DNA of 36,732 bases, from contig SDNY01000028.1 of assembly GCA_004524535.1 (NCBI GenBank), positions 1-36,732 of the forward strand, written 5' to 3'. The notes beneath the pieces are model-generated. The model had not been told where the DNA came from, made no database searches, and was given only the letters and a program-made list of their open reading frames with translations. Shown here one piece after another: positions 10,695-22,067 of this stretch. Each line of letters opens with the position of its first letter. Position 1 is the first letter of the stretch. The DNA is from Promethearchaeota archaeon. Lineage in GTDB: Archaea; Asgardarchaeota; Lokiarchaeia; Sigyniarchaeales; SOKP01. The translations under genes and the position numbers were made by a program.

Positions 10695-12502
10695 TGTGGG
10701 CAGGTCTTGAAGCAGAAGAATATGACCGAAAGTATAAAGATAAATACTTGGTAAATCGGATAGTTTCATATTTTCGTCCATATAGACGAGAAATGAGCAT
10801 AGTCATATTCTTTTTGACGTTGAGCGCATTTACCTATGCTGCCATTCCAATTATAATTTCAATTGCGGTTACTAATTTAGCAATTAATAGAGAGCCTATA
10901 TTTTTAGTATTAATAATAATTTCAATTTTTTCTTTAAATTTTTTAGCTTGGATTTTCAATTATTTTCGGCAGAGGTTTACTGCTATGGTTGTGGGGGACA
11001 TCGTCCTGGATCTGCGGCGGGACGCAAATAAGGCGGTCTTAAATCACGATCTATCGTTTTTCGATAGGAATCCAATTGGAAAAATTGTCAGCCGAATGAA
11101 CACAGACAGTCGAGATTTTGGTCAAACTGTTGATCTAACTATGCAGGTTATCTCATCTTTCTTCATTATGGCAATATTGTTAATAGTTATGTGCTTTATT
11201 AATTTGTTTTTAGCTATGATTTTTATGATCTCAATTCCACTGTTTTTCATCGTAGCATTATTATTTAGGAAGATAGCCAGACATAAGACTCTTTTAGGGC
11301 AAAGAGCATTAGCATCTGTTAATGCTTATGTCAAAGAAAGTTTTAGCGGGATTCAAATAGCAAAAACTTTTCGACAGGAAAGTAAACTTTATGAAAAGTT
11401 TAACGAGGTCAATAATCAATCTTACAATGTTAACTTAAGGAAAGGATATGTTTTATTTACAATTTTTCCTGTCCTTAGTGTTATAATGGGAGTTCTTTTA
11501 ACTTTAATCGTTTATTTTGGCGGGATTTATGTAAGTGGAGGGCAAATAAGTGTGGGAGAGCTATACCTCTTTCTACAAAGTCTTCAGATGTTATTCTTTC
11601 CTCTTTTGGTGATTGCCGCATTTTGGCCCCAACTTCAAGCAGGTTTAGCAGCTTCAGAAAGAATTTTTGCTTTAATTGATACTCCTCCTGCGGTTATTCA
11701 AAATAATGATATAAAACCAGAAAAATTCAAAGGTAAAATTGAGTTTAGGAATTTAACATTTCAATACGAAGATCAAAAAGGCGTTTTCGATAATTTTTCT
11801 CTAACTATACAACCAGGTGAATCTCTGGCTATTGTTGGTCACACAGGGGCAGGTAAATCTTCTTTAGCTAAATTATTGGCTCGTTTTTATGAATTTCAAG
11901 GTGGCGACATCTTAATTGATGGAAAATCCATTAGAGATTTTGATCTTAGCGAATACCGAAAACAAATAGGAATTATACCTCAAATACCATTTTTATGGTC
12001 TGGTACGATTAAAAGTAATATTAGTTATGGTTTTAATAACGCAACAAGAGATGATATTAATGAGGCATTGAATCAAACAGGTGGTTATGGTTGGGTTGAG
12101 GAGTTATCAAAGGGATTAATTACGAAGGTGGGTGAAAGAGGTAATCTACTTTCAATGGGACAACGCCAATTAGTCGTTTTTGCCCGAACTTTACTCGAAA
12201 ATCCTTCAATCCTCATTTTAGACGAAGCTACGGCTAGTGTAGATCCTTTTACTGAGACGCGAATACAAGACGCCCTTGAAAAGACAATTAAGGGGCGAAC
12301 ATCTATTATTATTGCACATCGTCTTTGGACTGTTCGCCACGTTGATAGAATTATTGTTTTAGATCATGGAAAAATTGTTGAACAAGGAAATCATGATGAG
12401 CTTATGGCAAAAGGCGGAAAATATGCTGAACTTTATAATACCTACTTTAGACACCAATCTTTAGAATATATAGAAAAAATGAAGGAAAAAAAGCTTGCCT
12501 GA
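10694..12502 (+). CDS. ABC exporter half-transporter (TMD+NBD), heterodimer partner
   Basis: GHTGAGKS, LSMGQRQ, LILDEATASVD, IAHRL; TAATG overlap with the upstream gene. Confidence 0.9.
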   Translation: MWAGLEAEEYDRKYKDKYLVNRIVSYFRPYRREMSIVIFFLTLSAFTYAAIPIIISIAVTNLAINREPIFLVLIIISIFSLNFLAWIFNYFRQRFTAMVVGDIVLDLRRDANKAVLNHDLSFFDRNPIGKIVSRMNTDSRDFGQTVDLTMQVISSFFIMAILLIVMCFINLFLAMIFMISIPLFFIVALLFRKIARHKTLLGQRALASVNAYVKESFSGIQIAKTFRQESKLYEKFNEVNNQSYNVNLRKGYVLFTIFPVLSVIMGVLLTLIVYFGGIYVSGGQISVGELYLFLQSLQMLFFPLLVIAAFWPQLQAGLAASERIFALIDTPPAVIQNNDIKPEKFKGKIEFRNLTFQYEDQKGVFDNFSLTIQPGESLAIVGHTGAGKSSLAKLLARFYEFQGGDILIDGKSIRDFDLSEYRKQIGIIPQIPFLWSGTIKSNISYGFNNATRDDINEALNQTGGYGWVEELSKGLITKVGERGNLLSMGQRQLVVFARTLLENPSILILDEATASVDPFTETRIQDALEKTIKGRTSIIIAHRLWTVRHVDRIIVLDHGKIVEQGNHDELMAKGGKYAELYNTYFRHQSLEYIEKMKEKKLA

Positions 12503-12944
12503 TGAAGAAGAAATTCAGGATATTATTATAGACCCAGATATAACTGTCGAATATATCTTTATTGAGAAAGCAGAAGAACAAATTAAACCTATTAATGACG
12601 AGCAAGGATATCAAATGGGTTTTTTTAATCTATTTGTATCAGGATCATTCAAAAATGATAATCTTACTGAATTTAAGCAACTTGTCTTATTTGAATTAGA
12701 TTTTAGTGTGAAGGAGTATGATCATTTCAAATCTGAGAAATTAGATCTAAATGACTACAAATTTGCTCTTGTTGATAATGATAAACACATAACTGAGTTT
12801 CATATAATGGATGAAGCTTTTTTTACTTCTCTATTAGCTTCCCTTAGAAATTTAATGATTGTAGGGAAAAATTTCGATATTGAAAAGTTCAAACGGCATG
12901 AAATATTCAATGAATGGTTTGATAAATATACCAACAGAGTATAA
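12495..12944 (+). CDS. Hypothetical acidic protein
   Basis: 149-aa ORF with TTG start overlapping the ABC gene stop; no recognised motif. Confidence 0.65.
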   Translation: MPDEEEIQDIIIDPDITVEYIFIEKAEEQIKPINDEQGYQMGFFNLFVSGSFKNDNLTEFKQLVLFELDFSVKEYDHFKSEKLDLNDYKFALVDNDKHITEFHIMDEAFFTSLLASLRNLMIVGKNFDIEKFKRHEIFNEWFDKYTNRV

Positions 12945-13157
12945 TTCCAAACTAATTATGTTTTCAATATGATTGTTCCCATATTAATGGGAAGATTTGC
13001 CCAGTTCTTCCAAATCATTTATATATGATATTTTTATTCTTTAATATAACAAAATCGGTTTTTTTCTCACCGATTATCATGAAAGAAGCGAATTTAAAAA
13101 AAAGAAAAATAAATGGAGATCAAGAAATTTCAATAAAAAAATATATAAGACTGATGA

Positions 13158-13568
13158 TTAAGCTAAATTTGTTGTGATTAGCCCTTTAAAATGTTTATCA
13201 AAGGTTGCTAAAAACTGGCAATTTAATCGCTCACATTGAACTAAAATGCTACAATCTGTAAAGGATAATCTTTTTTCTATATTTTTTTGAAAAAGAACCC
13301 AGGTACTATTAAAATCTTCGTTAGTAAATCCTATAATATTAATTCTTGGACTTTTTAAAACATAATTTCCAATATTTATTGCAAAATCAGGTCGTTTTAT
13401 TCTGACTAATGCAACAGTTACAAGCTCATCAAAAACAAATGAGGAAGTATAAATCTGTCCAAATTCATTTTTCAAAAATCTCTTCATCCAAGATTGTGCC
13501 ATTGCAAAATTTTTATCATCTTTATTTTTCAATGCTAATATAAAGCCAGTATCTAGGAAAACAGCCAT
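13158..13568 (-). CDS. vapC: VapC/PIN-domain toxin
   Basis: VFLDTGF, VFDELVT, LSFTDC, ATFDKHF. The start is probably ATG at 13568 (MAVFLD), 1 nt after the antitoxin stop. Confidence 0.88.
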   Translation of the reverse strand: MAVFLDTGFILALKNKDDKNFAMAQSWMKRFLKNEFGQIYTSSFVFDELVTVALVRIKRPDFAINIGNYVLKSPRINIIGFTNEDFNSTWVLFQKNIEKRLSFTDCSILVQCERLNCQFLATFDKHFKGLITTNLA

Positions 13569-13569
13569 A

Positions 13570-13845
13570 CTATTCTTCTCCATATAATAAGTCATCAACT
13601 TTTTCTGATAAATCAGAAATACCTAATTTAAAGACATCTTTTAATCCTGTCCACGCAAGATCATTTTCTAATGAATTTAACTCGTTAGAATTTTTGAGTC
13701 CTTCAGCTATAAGTGCTTCGTTAATTAATTTTTCAATTAATTCTTTCTTAGTGATTTTTTTTCCTCGCAATATTAAGTGAGAGATTAATTCATCTAAATA
13801 TTTAACATTCTCTTTATCTATTCGAATAGTACTAATAATAAACAC
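13570..13845 (-). CDS. Putative VapB antitoxin (ribbon-helix-helix-like)
   Basis: STIRID beta-strand followed by helices, and a C-terminal DLSEKVDDLLYG typical of VapB; directly upstream of vapC. Confidence 0.75.
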   Translation of the reverse strand: MFIISTIRIDKENVKYLDELISHLILRGKKITKKELIEKLINEALIAEGLKNSNELNSLENDLAWTGLKDVFKLGISDLSEKVDDLLYGEE

Positions 13846-13853
13846 CTTTTATA

Positions 13854-13871
13854 TTGTATATATGTATACAA
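13854..13871. promoter_or_regulatory. Palindromic operator upstream of vapBC
   Basis: TTGTATA-TATG-TATACAA inverted repeat about 10-25 nt upstream of the antitoxin start; TA operons are usually autoregulated through such sites. Confidence 0.5.
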
Positions 13872-14199
13872 GTATAAAAATATATTATTTTAATATATTC
13901 AATTTAAAAAAAAAGAAAAATTTTTACTTCACTATAAAGTGCCATAATTAATTAATACATACTCATATAAGCAATTTCATCCATATCTTCTTCTAAAAAT
14001 CCGCAACTAGGACAAGCCTTTTGTCGAGGTTTTTGTGAACCGAGAAAATTCACATTTATTAATCTTCGCAACCTTTAAAAATAAAAAGGTACTTCCCACA
14101 AAAATGGGATTGTGATAAGGACAAACAGCCATTTAATTTAAAATGTTATAAAAGAAGGGGCAAATTTAGCTGAATCAATGAAAAATGATAGTATTAAAT

Positions 14200-15000
14200 C
14201 TAAATACCTGAATTAATTGTGAATCCCCCATCAACAACGACTTTTGCGCCTGAAATATAACTACTTGCCTCTGATGCTAGAAAAACAATCGTTCCTTTAA
14301 TATCATCTCCTTTCCCAAATCTTCGTATTGGGGTTAAATCTAGAAAAGGAACTCCAACCGTTTTATACATTGAACTATCTTTATCTTGAAGGAACTCCAT
14401 CATACCTTCTTCCATGTTACCTGGGAGGATGGCATTAACTCTAATGTTATATTTACCCCATTCAACTGCTAATGATCTCGTTAGACCAACAATACCTATT
14501 TTGGTTGTAGCATAGGCAGTCATACCAATTGAAAATCCCACTTGTCCATTTTCACTAGAAAAGTTGATAATATTTCCGTTTTTTTGCCTTATCATCATTT
14601 TTCCTATCTCTCGACAACATAAGAAGGTCCCTGTTATATTAGTATTAATCATTTTGTTCCAACGGTTTAAACTATAATTTTTAGAGGGTGCTATTTCGCC
14701 AAGTCCGGCATTATTTACGAGAATGTCGCATTTACCATAGTAATCTTTCATTTTTTTTGCCATCTGCTTTACTTCATCCTCTTTTGTTATATCACACTTA
14801 ATTGATATGCAATCACGTCCAGTTTTTTTTAATTTTCCAACAGCATTATCCAACTTCCCGTGGATATCTCTGCCACAAATAGCCACATCCGCCCCTGCTT
14901 CGGCCATTCCTTCAGCGGAAAAATATCCCAATCCTTTCCCGCCACCAGTAACAAGGGCAACTTTTCCATCTAATTTAAATAACTCTGATACATGAGTCAT
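14200..15000 (-). CDS. Classical short-chain dehydrogenase/reductase (gluconate 5-dehydrogenase/FabG-like)
   Basis: TGGGKGLG, ILVNNAG, YATTK, IRVNAILPG, VVDGG; AGGTGA SD. Confidence 0.9.
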   Translation of the reverse strand: MTHVSELFKLDGKVALVTGGGKGLGYFSAEGMAEAGADVAICGRDIHGKLDNAVGKLKKTGRDCISIKCDITKEDEVKQMAKKMKDYYGKCDILVNNAGLGEIAPSKNYSLNRWNKMINTNITGTFLCCREIGKMMIRQKNGNIINFSSENGQVGFSIGMTAYATTKIGIVGLTRSLAVEWGKYNIRVNAILPGNMEEGMMEFLQDKDSSMYKTVGVPFLDLTPIRRFGKGDDIKGTIVFLASEASSYISGAKVVVDGGFTINSGI

Positions 15001-15227
15001 ATAATCACCTTGAGTAAAAATTTAATTATTATATTTCAATAAAATTTTGAAAAAAAAAGAAATTTCTTATTTTTATAAAATTAATAGAATACAACAAAAA
15101 TTGAATATTCAAAAAAACTTACTTTTTTTTTATTGTTAAACCAAATTTGGGAAAATATTTATATAATTACCAATCAAATGTTTAATAGAAATCTATTTTT
15201 TATAATCAAATTACAAATGATGGAAAA

Positions 15228-15557
15228 ATGGAAACTCAGGAAAAAATAAATTTATTATCGGTAATTTTGTTATTATTAACTGGGATTTTACATTTAATTG
15301 CGCCATTAATTTATGGAATGACTTTTGAAGGTATGGGGATGCTCGTTTTCGGCATTATTTATACATGCTTAGGGATTTTAGTTCAATTGAAAAGTGAGAT
15401 TAAAATTATTGGAATTTTAAGTATCATATTTCCCCTTATCGGAGCGATTATAGGTACTATTTTGCTAATACTTAGCTTTAATGCGTTTTTGTTATTTTTA
15501 CTTATATTGGATCCAATTATCATTTTATTGCGGATCTACATTTGTAAACAAGAATAA
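15228..15557 (+). CDS. Small 4-TM membrane protein
   Basis: 109 aa with four hydrophobic segments. Confidence 0.7.
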   Translation: METQEKINLLSVILLLLTGILHLIAPLIYGMTFEGMGMLVFGIIYTCLGILVQLKSEIKIIGILSIIFPLIGAIIGTILLILSFNAFLLFLLILDPIIILLRIYICKQE

Positions 15558-15616
15558 CTGTGAAAAATGAGAATATTAAAATTTTAAAAATTTTTTTTTT
15601 TTAATCCTTCCATTCT

Positions 15617-16912
15617 TTATCCAAATATAAGAACGAGGATAAATAAATATAAAATTGCGACCGCAAGATGTATGAATGCGAAGGTGCCTCCTGTTTTTAG
15701 CAAGCGTTTAAAGCTAAAGTTCTCTACGCCTGAATCTTGGGCGATTTTTAGAGTCATCATGTCGCACGCTGCTCCTTGAGGCAGGAAATTGCCTCCAAGG
15801 TTTACTCCGATTATTAGAGCGAATAAAAGTGGTATGGGTGGAAAACCTAATAAGATTAATGTATCTACAATTGGAATAAAGACTAATACTGTTGGGGTGT
15901 TTGCAACTACTCCAGACAATGCACTAACCGCTATAAGGATGAGCAAACAAAGTAAAAAGACATCAAACTTTTTAAATGGAAACATCATTATCAAATCTCT
16001 AAAACCCGCTTCAATTAAACATCCAATAACTATATAAAGAGAAATGAAAAAGAAAATAATTTCCCATTCAAGATCTTTAAGCATATCCGCCATTTTCGTT
16101 TTAGTGAATTTTTTATTAATAAGAACAAGTATTAAAGCAGAAATAGCTGCGGTTAAATATAGTAAAGGCAACACAGCAAATAATACAATAGTAATTATTA
16201 TTGCTATTGAATTAATGTAAAACATTCTCTTATTTTTAATCATAACATCTGTATTAATTAATTCAAGCACAAATTTTTTTTGCATGGCTTCAATTTTTGG
16301 TTCCTTACTTAAGATAAGTCTATCCATGAGAAAGATTGTTAGAAATAATAAACCAAAAGAAAAAATCCAATAATACTGTATAAAATAAAGTGTATTTAAC
16401 CCAAAAGCTGTAGAAATAATAATATTTTCTCCGGATGAGAAAGGTGTAATTATCGAGCCAATATTTATACATATCGTCATACCCATTAAATAAGTCCCTG
16501 CTCTTATTTTCAAGAATCTACATAGTCGAATTACTATCGGAGCTAAAATTAGAACAACAACAACATCGCTAATGATAGCCGCCAGAAGGGTTGTAATGAT
16601 ACATAGAAGCCAAAAAAAAGTCCTTTGATTACCTTTCGAAATTTTGAAGAGTTTAACAGCAACATACTCTAAAATGTTAGAGTCTTGCGCGATTTTAGTT
16701 ATTATACTCATGCTTAATATGATAATTATTGCCTCCCATTCAACAAACATAATAAAGCCTTCTATTCCAATACCTCTTATAATTCCTGTAACAGCCGCGC
16801 AGAGAAACATAAGAAATAATGAAATCGCAACAAAATCAAGATCTTTTAAGGAATAGCTAATAATCATTAAAATAAAAATTATGAATACGAATAATAGAAG
16901 AGAAGGGTTCAT
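15617..16912 (-). CDS. ArsB/NhaD/P-protein (SLC13/CitMHS-like) ion transporter
   Basis: About 11-12 TM segments, NIGSIITPFSSGEN, LSGVVANTP, NLGGNFLPQGA. Confidence 0.8.
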   Translation of the reverse strand: MNPSLLLFVFIIFILMIISYSLKDLDFVAISLFLMFLCAAVTGIIRGIGIEGFIMFVEWEAIIIILSMSIITKIAQDSNILEYVAVKLFKISKGNQRTFFWLLCIITTLLAAIISDVVVVLILAPIVIRLCRFLKIRAGTYLMGMTICINIGSIITPFSSGENIIISTAFGLNTLYFIQYYWIFSFGLLFLTIFLMDRLILSKEPKIEAMQKKFVLELINTDVMIKNKRMFYINSIAIIITIVLFAVLPLLYLTAAISALILVLINKKFTKTKMADMLKDLEWEIIFFFISLYIVIGCLIEAGFRDLIMMFPFKKFDVFLLCLLILIAVSALSGVVANTPTVLVFIPIVDTLILLGFPPIPLLFALIIGVNLGGNFLPQGAACDMMTLKIAQDSGVENFSFKRLLKTGGTFAFIHLAVAILYLFILVLIFG

Positions 16913-16918
16913 TTTTAA

Positions 16919-17764
16919 TTACTCTTGCAGAAACAGTTTTAATAAGAATGTGTCTAAATTAAGCTGATTTAATAGGGATATGTTATTTAAAATATAATCA
17001 AACAGGCCTTCTTGGACAAAATAATTTAGACTTTCTTGAAAACCTACCTCTTCTCTAATTGTTTTTACAATTCTTCTCATTAAATTTATAATCTGTTTTT
17101 CTAAAACAAGCATATCACAGTTATTGGGATTAATAGTAATAATATTAATCCCTGCTTCTCTGGAAAAAGAAATTTTGCTTAATTCAGGATTATTTTTTAC
17201 ATACTCATTAGCAACATAATTTTCGAACATGAGTTCAATTTTTGCTAAAATATTTTCTCGTGAAAGTTCATTTATTTGATTTTGCACTATTGCTAAGAGA
17301 TCAAAAAGTAATTGCTGAAAAATTCCTAAAATATCGTAAAATTCTGCAATTGTCGTAACGCTTTCAGCTGCAAGCCAGTTTTGATAATATTCGTCAATTA
17401 TATCTTTAAACGGTTTAAACATAGTAATATTTCCAGTCCAAATTTTCTCCCAATGATCTTTATCTTTTACATATTCTTGAATAAAAGCTTGTCTTATAAT
17501 GTTCAATCGAGCTCTAAGCATTTCCGCTTTTTCATTTTTATTTGCCGCAGCAATAAATAGTAAATCAACTTCTCTATCTTCAACATAAACCCAAATATAT
17601 CCTGACATAAGGATTGCTTCGATACCTTGCTTGAACTCAAATGCTGCTAGAGAATTCAAAGCGGTTAATAATCCAGCAACAAGATCTTCATCAATATGCA
17701 AATTAATAAAAGCTTTATAAAGAAGAGTTGTTCCACTTGAAGCTGCAATTATCCAGACATTCAT
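16919..17764 (-). CDS. Longin-like domain protein (Asgard-type) with C-terminal helical extension
   Basis: The N-terminus VWIIAASSGTTLL...IDEDLVAGLLTALNSLA...IEAILMSG...LLFIAAA matches the bb-a-bbb-aa longin pattern. Confidence 0.6.
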   Translation of the reverse strand: MNVWIIAASSGTTLLYKAFINLHIDEDLVAGLLTALNSLAAFEFKQGIEAILMSGYIWVYVEDREVDLLFIAAANKNEKAEMLRARLNIIRQAFIQEYVKDKDHWEKIWTGNITMFKPFKDIIDEYYQNWLAAESVTTIAEFYDILGIFQQLLFDLLAIVQNQINELSRENILAKIELMFENYVANEYVKNNPELSKISFSREAGINIITINPNNCDMLVLEKQIINLMRRIVKTIREEVGFQESLNYFVQEGLFDYILNNISLLNQLNLDTFLLKLFLQE

Positions 17765-17884
17765 TAATTATATTAAGACATTTTAATAATATTAATTTTT
17801 TTAAACCCTTTAGGTCCAATATAGGTCTTGGAAATTCAACCGTTGATTTCCAAACAACTATCTTGAAATCCTTTTGGATAATCT

Positions 17885-18373
17885 TTACAAAAAATTTTTC
17901 AAATCTTTTGTTTTACAATATTTTTCAATATTCCTTAAAATACCAGTTATCTTGGTTCTTAAAATTAATTCAGTAGCGCTCCCGAAAAGACTAAGAAAAT
18001 TACTACTTAATTTAAAATCATGTATGAAAACGCCTATTTTACTACTACTAGGTGAAAGTGCCTTAACCCTTATATTACCCTCTAAATCCGTTACATCTTT
18101 GTTGTTTCGAACATTAAATTCGATTAATTGTCCTTTTCCTTCTTCTTCTCCCTTATCGACTAAGACTAATTCTCCTTCCATTTCTATGGCAATATTAACA
18201 ACTTTTATCATATCCACAATGGAAGTATGCAAAACATTTGGAGAAGTGAAGCTTGCTTCAATCTTATCAACGGGGCTAATTTCTTCCCAAAACTTTGGAT
18301 TATAAATAGCCTTTAAAACAATATCTTTATTACAATTCTCTATTTCTAAAACTTTTGAAATGACTTTAGTCAA
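17885..18373 (-). CDS. SRPBCC/START (CoxG-like) family protein
   Basis: 162 aa; VLKAIYNPKFWEEISP followed by a beta meander and a long C-terminal helix; TTG start. Confidence 0.55.
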   Translation of the reverse strand: MTKVISKVLEIENCNKDIVLKAIYNPKFWEEISPVDKIEASFTSPNVLHTSIVDMIKVVNIAIEMEGELVLVDKGEEEGKGQLIEFNVRNNKDVTDLEGNIRVKALSPSSSKIGVFIHDFKLSSNFLSLFGSATELILRTKITGILRNIEKYCKTKDLKNFL

Positions 18374-18546
18374 AATTAATACTTGAACTTGTTTTCAGAT
18401 TGAATTATATAATTTAATTGAATATAAAAAAATTTACTTCACAGAAGATATTCAAATAGCCAAAAATGTCGAAATTGTTTATATATCTTTGTATATAAAT
18501 ATTATTTACTTATTCAATTCGAATAAAATTTTATCTGTGAAAAAAA

Positions 18547-20169
<1,623 letters not shown>

Positions 20170-20265
20170 TAAAAATTTCTCAAATCCAATTTTTTTTTTT
20201 TTAATAATTAATTATAGAATATTTTTCTGCTCATCAGCTTAGGATTTTAAAATTACAACCAATAG

Positions 20266-21804
20266 TTATTTCTTTTTAACTTTCGGTTTCTTATTCTCAA
20301 TTCCTTCTTTTATATCTTTACTAATTTTAATTTCTTCTTGTTCTGGTTCTTCTTTTTTTACTGGTTTAGATTGATCTAGTGGTGATTCACATACCCAACA
20401 TAAATTTTCCAAATCACTTAATGCTCTTGCACATTTATCGCAATATATAGAGTCACATTCGGGGCAAATAAAAACGTTAAATCCAGATGGTTCTCCCTTA
20501 CACACCAAACATACCTTTTTATCTCGAAAAACAGAAACGTCTTCTTCAAGGGCATCGATAAATTCACCTACTTTTTCTTCATTTACTATTAACATATCCG
20601 CATCAATCCTAAAATCAAATTTATCGGCCCATTCGAAGATTTTCTCGCTAAATACTTCTTTGTCCATTTTTAACGCCGTTCTCATCATGTCAAGATTAAT
20701 CCGGTCAGATACTTTAACCATTCGCTTTACTTTTTCAATTGACCCTTCATCAAATGAGTCCCGTTCTTTCACGGGGTAATCTGGAAAATCCTTAATAATT
20801 CTCTCTTCAATTAAATACTGCCCTAATTTTATTGCTTTTTCATAATTTAAATTGAAAGATATTATTAAATCGTATAATGTTGGTGAAGGAAATTGTTTTA
20901 TAACTTGCTCTGCGTATTTTTCTAATTCTTCTATTTCTTCCTTCTTATAACTTATACGTTGATCAATGATTTTAAAATAATTCCTGATTTCGTCGATTTT
21001 AAAATCTAATTCATGGAGCATGTCAACCTTATTAGCTTTCCTCTGATTATCATATTCAAATTTTAATACTCTTTTAACTAACTTGCAATCTTCATAATCA
21101 TCTTTAATAGGAAAATTTGGAAAATCATTAATCCAGCCTTCTTTTATTAAATAGTTCCCAAGTTTTACGGCCTTTTCAAAATTTAAATTTAAAGATATTA
21201 TGAAGTCATATAAGGATGGCGTAGAAAATAATTTAATAACTTGATCTACAGAATTTTTTAAGTCTAATTCATCTCCCTTATTGTAACTTATATTTTGATT
21301 AATTATTCTAACGTATGTTGCTATTTCAGATATGGAGAAGTGTAATTCATCTGCCATCTCAGCTTTTGTAATTGGTCTCTGATTAGCAAATTCAAACTTT
21401 AAAACTTTTCTTACTAACTCATAATCTTCCTTGGTTATTACCTTATCTTGATTTATATAACAATATTCTACAAGAAGTTGAGCATTATTTCTATATTTTT
21501 TCCCAAATTTATTTACAACCCAATCGAAAACTGGATTCTCAGAGAGATAAATATTTTTAAGGTTTATTAAGTTCTCTAAACCCTGAATTTCTTTTATATT
21601 ATTATTTTGTAATGATAAAGTCTCTAAATTCTTCAAATTATCGAGTCCGGTAATTTCATTGATTAAATTACCATCAAGATATAATTTTTTCAATGAAGAT
21701 AATTCATCTAATCCCTTTATTTCCTTAATACTTTTAATTTCTAGGAATTCTAATTTTAATGATTCTTTAGCTACGTAGTTTTTTCCGTTATACTTTACCG
21801 ACAT
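20266..21804 (-). CDS. Leucine-rich repeat protein with a tandem 108-aa duplicated domain, a winged-helix-like domain and a C4C4 zinc finger
   Basis: SDS22-like LRRs (LKKLYLDGNLINEITGL...), internal duplication, CLVC-x11-CPEC-x4-CDKC-x10-CWVC. Confidence 0.85.
   Translation of the reverse strand: MSVKYNGKNYVAKESLKLEFLEIKSIKEIKGLDELSSLKKLYLDGNLINEITGLDNLKNLETLSLQNNNIKEIQGLENLINLKNIYLSENPVFDWVVNKFGKKYRNNAQLLVEYCYINQDKVITKEDYELVRKVLKFEFANQRPITKAEMADELHFSISEIATYVRIINQNISYNKGDELDLKNSVDQVIKLFSTPSLYDFIISLNLNFEKAVKLGNYLIKEGWINDFPNFPIKDDYEDCKLVKRVLKFEYDNQRKANKVDMLHELDFKIDEIRNYFKIIDQRISYKKEEIEELEKYAEQVIKQFPSPTLYDLIISFNLNYEKAIKLGQYLIEERIIKDFPDYPVKERDSFDEGSIEKVKRMVKVSDRINLDMMRTALKMDKEVFSEKIFEWADKFDFRIDADMLIVNEEKVGEFIDALEEDVSVFRDKKVCLVCKGEPSGFNVFICPECDSIYCDKCARALSDLENLCWVCESPLDQSKPVKKEEPEQEEIKISKDIKEGIENKKPKVKKK
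20767..21426 (-). repeat. Intragenic tandem duplication of a 108-aa domain
   Basis: DYELVRKVLKFE...FPIK (21426-21103) and DCKLVKRVLKFE...YPVK (21090-20767) are each 324 nt and align without gaps by eye. Confidence 0.85.
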
Positions 21805-22067
21805 AGAATTTAACTTATTTAAGATTTTTTGGTTTTTGTGTGTATATTATGTTATAGTTTCTATAATATTAATTTTTATCATTGCAAGATGATAATGATG
21901 ATGTTGAATTAAATGAAATTTTTAATAATGAGGTTAAATCAATTGTAAACGCTGGCGTTAATTTGCCTCAGTCTTCCTCTGATTTTCTCATAATGAAATC
22001 ATAATTTTTTTTTCTTCTTTGGCAAATATATTTTTTACTAGTATAAGATAAAAGGAATATAAAATAA

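Noticed and set aside
21882-22004. 40-aa TTG ORF (QDDNDDVELNEIF...)
   Set aside because: No SD, no motif, and opposite in strand to both neighbours; a gene remnant at best.
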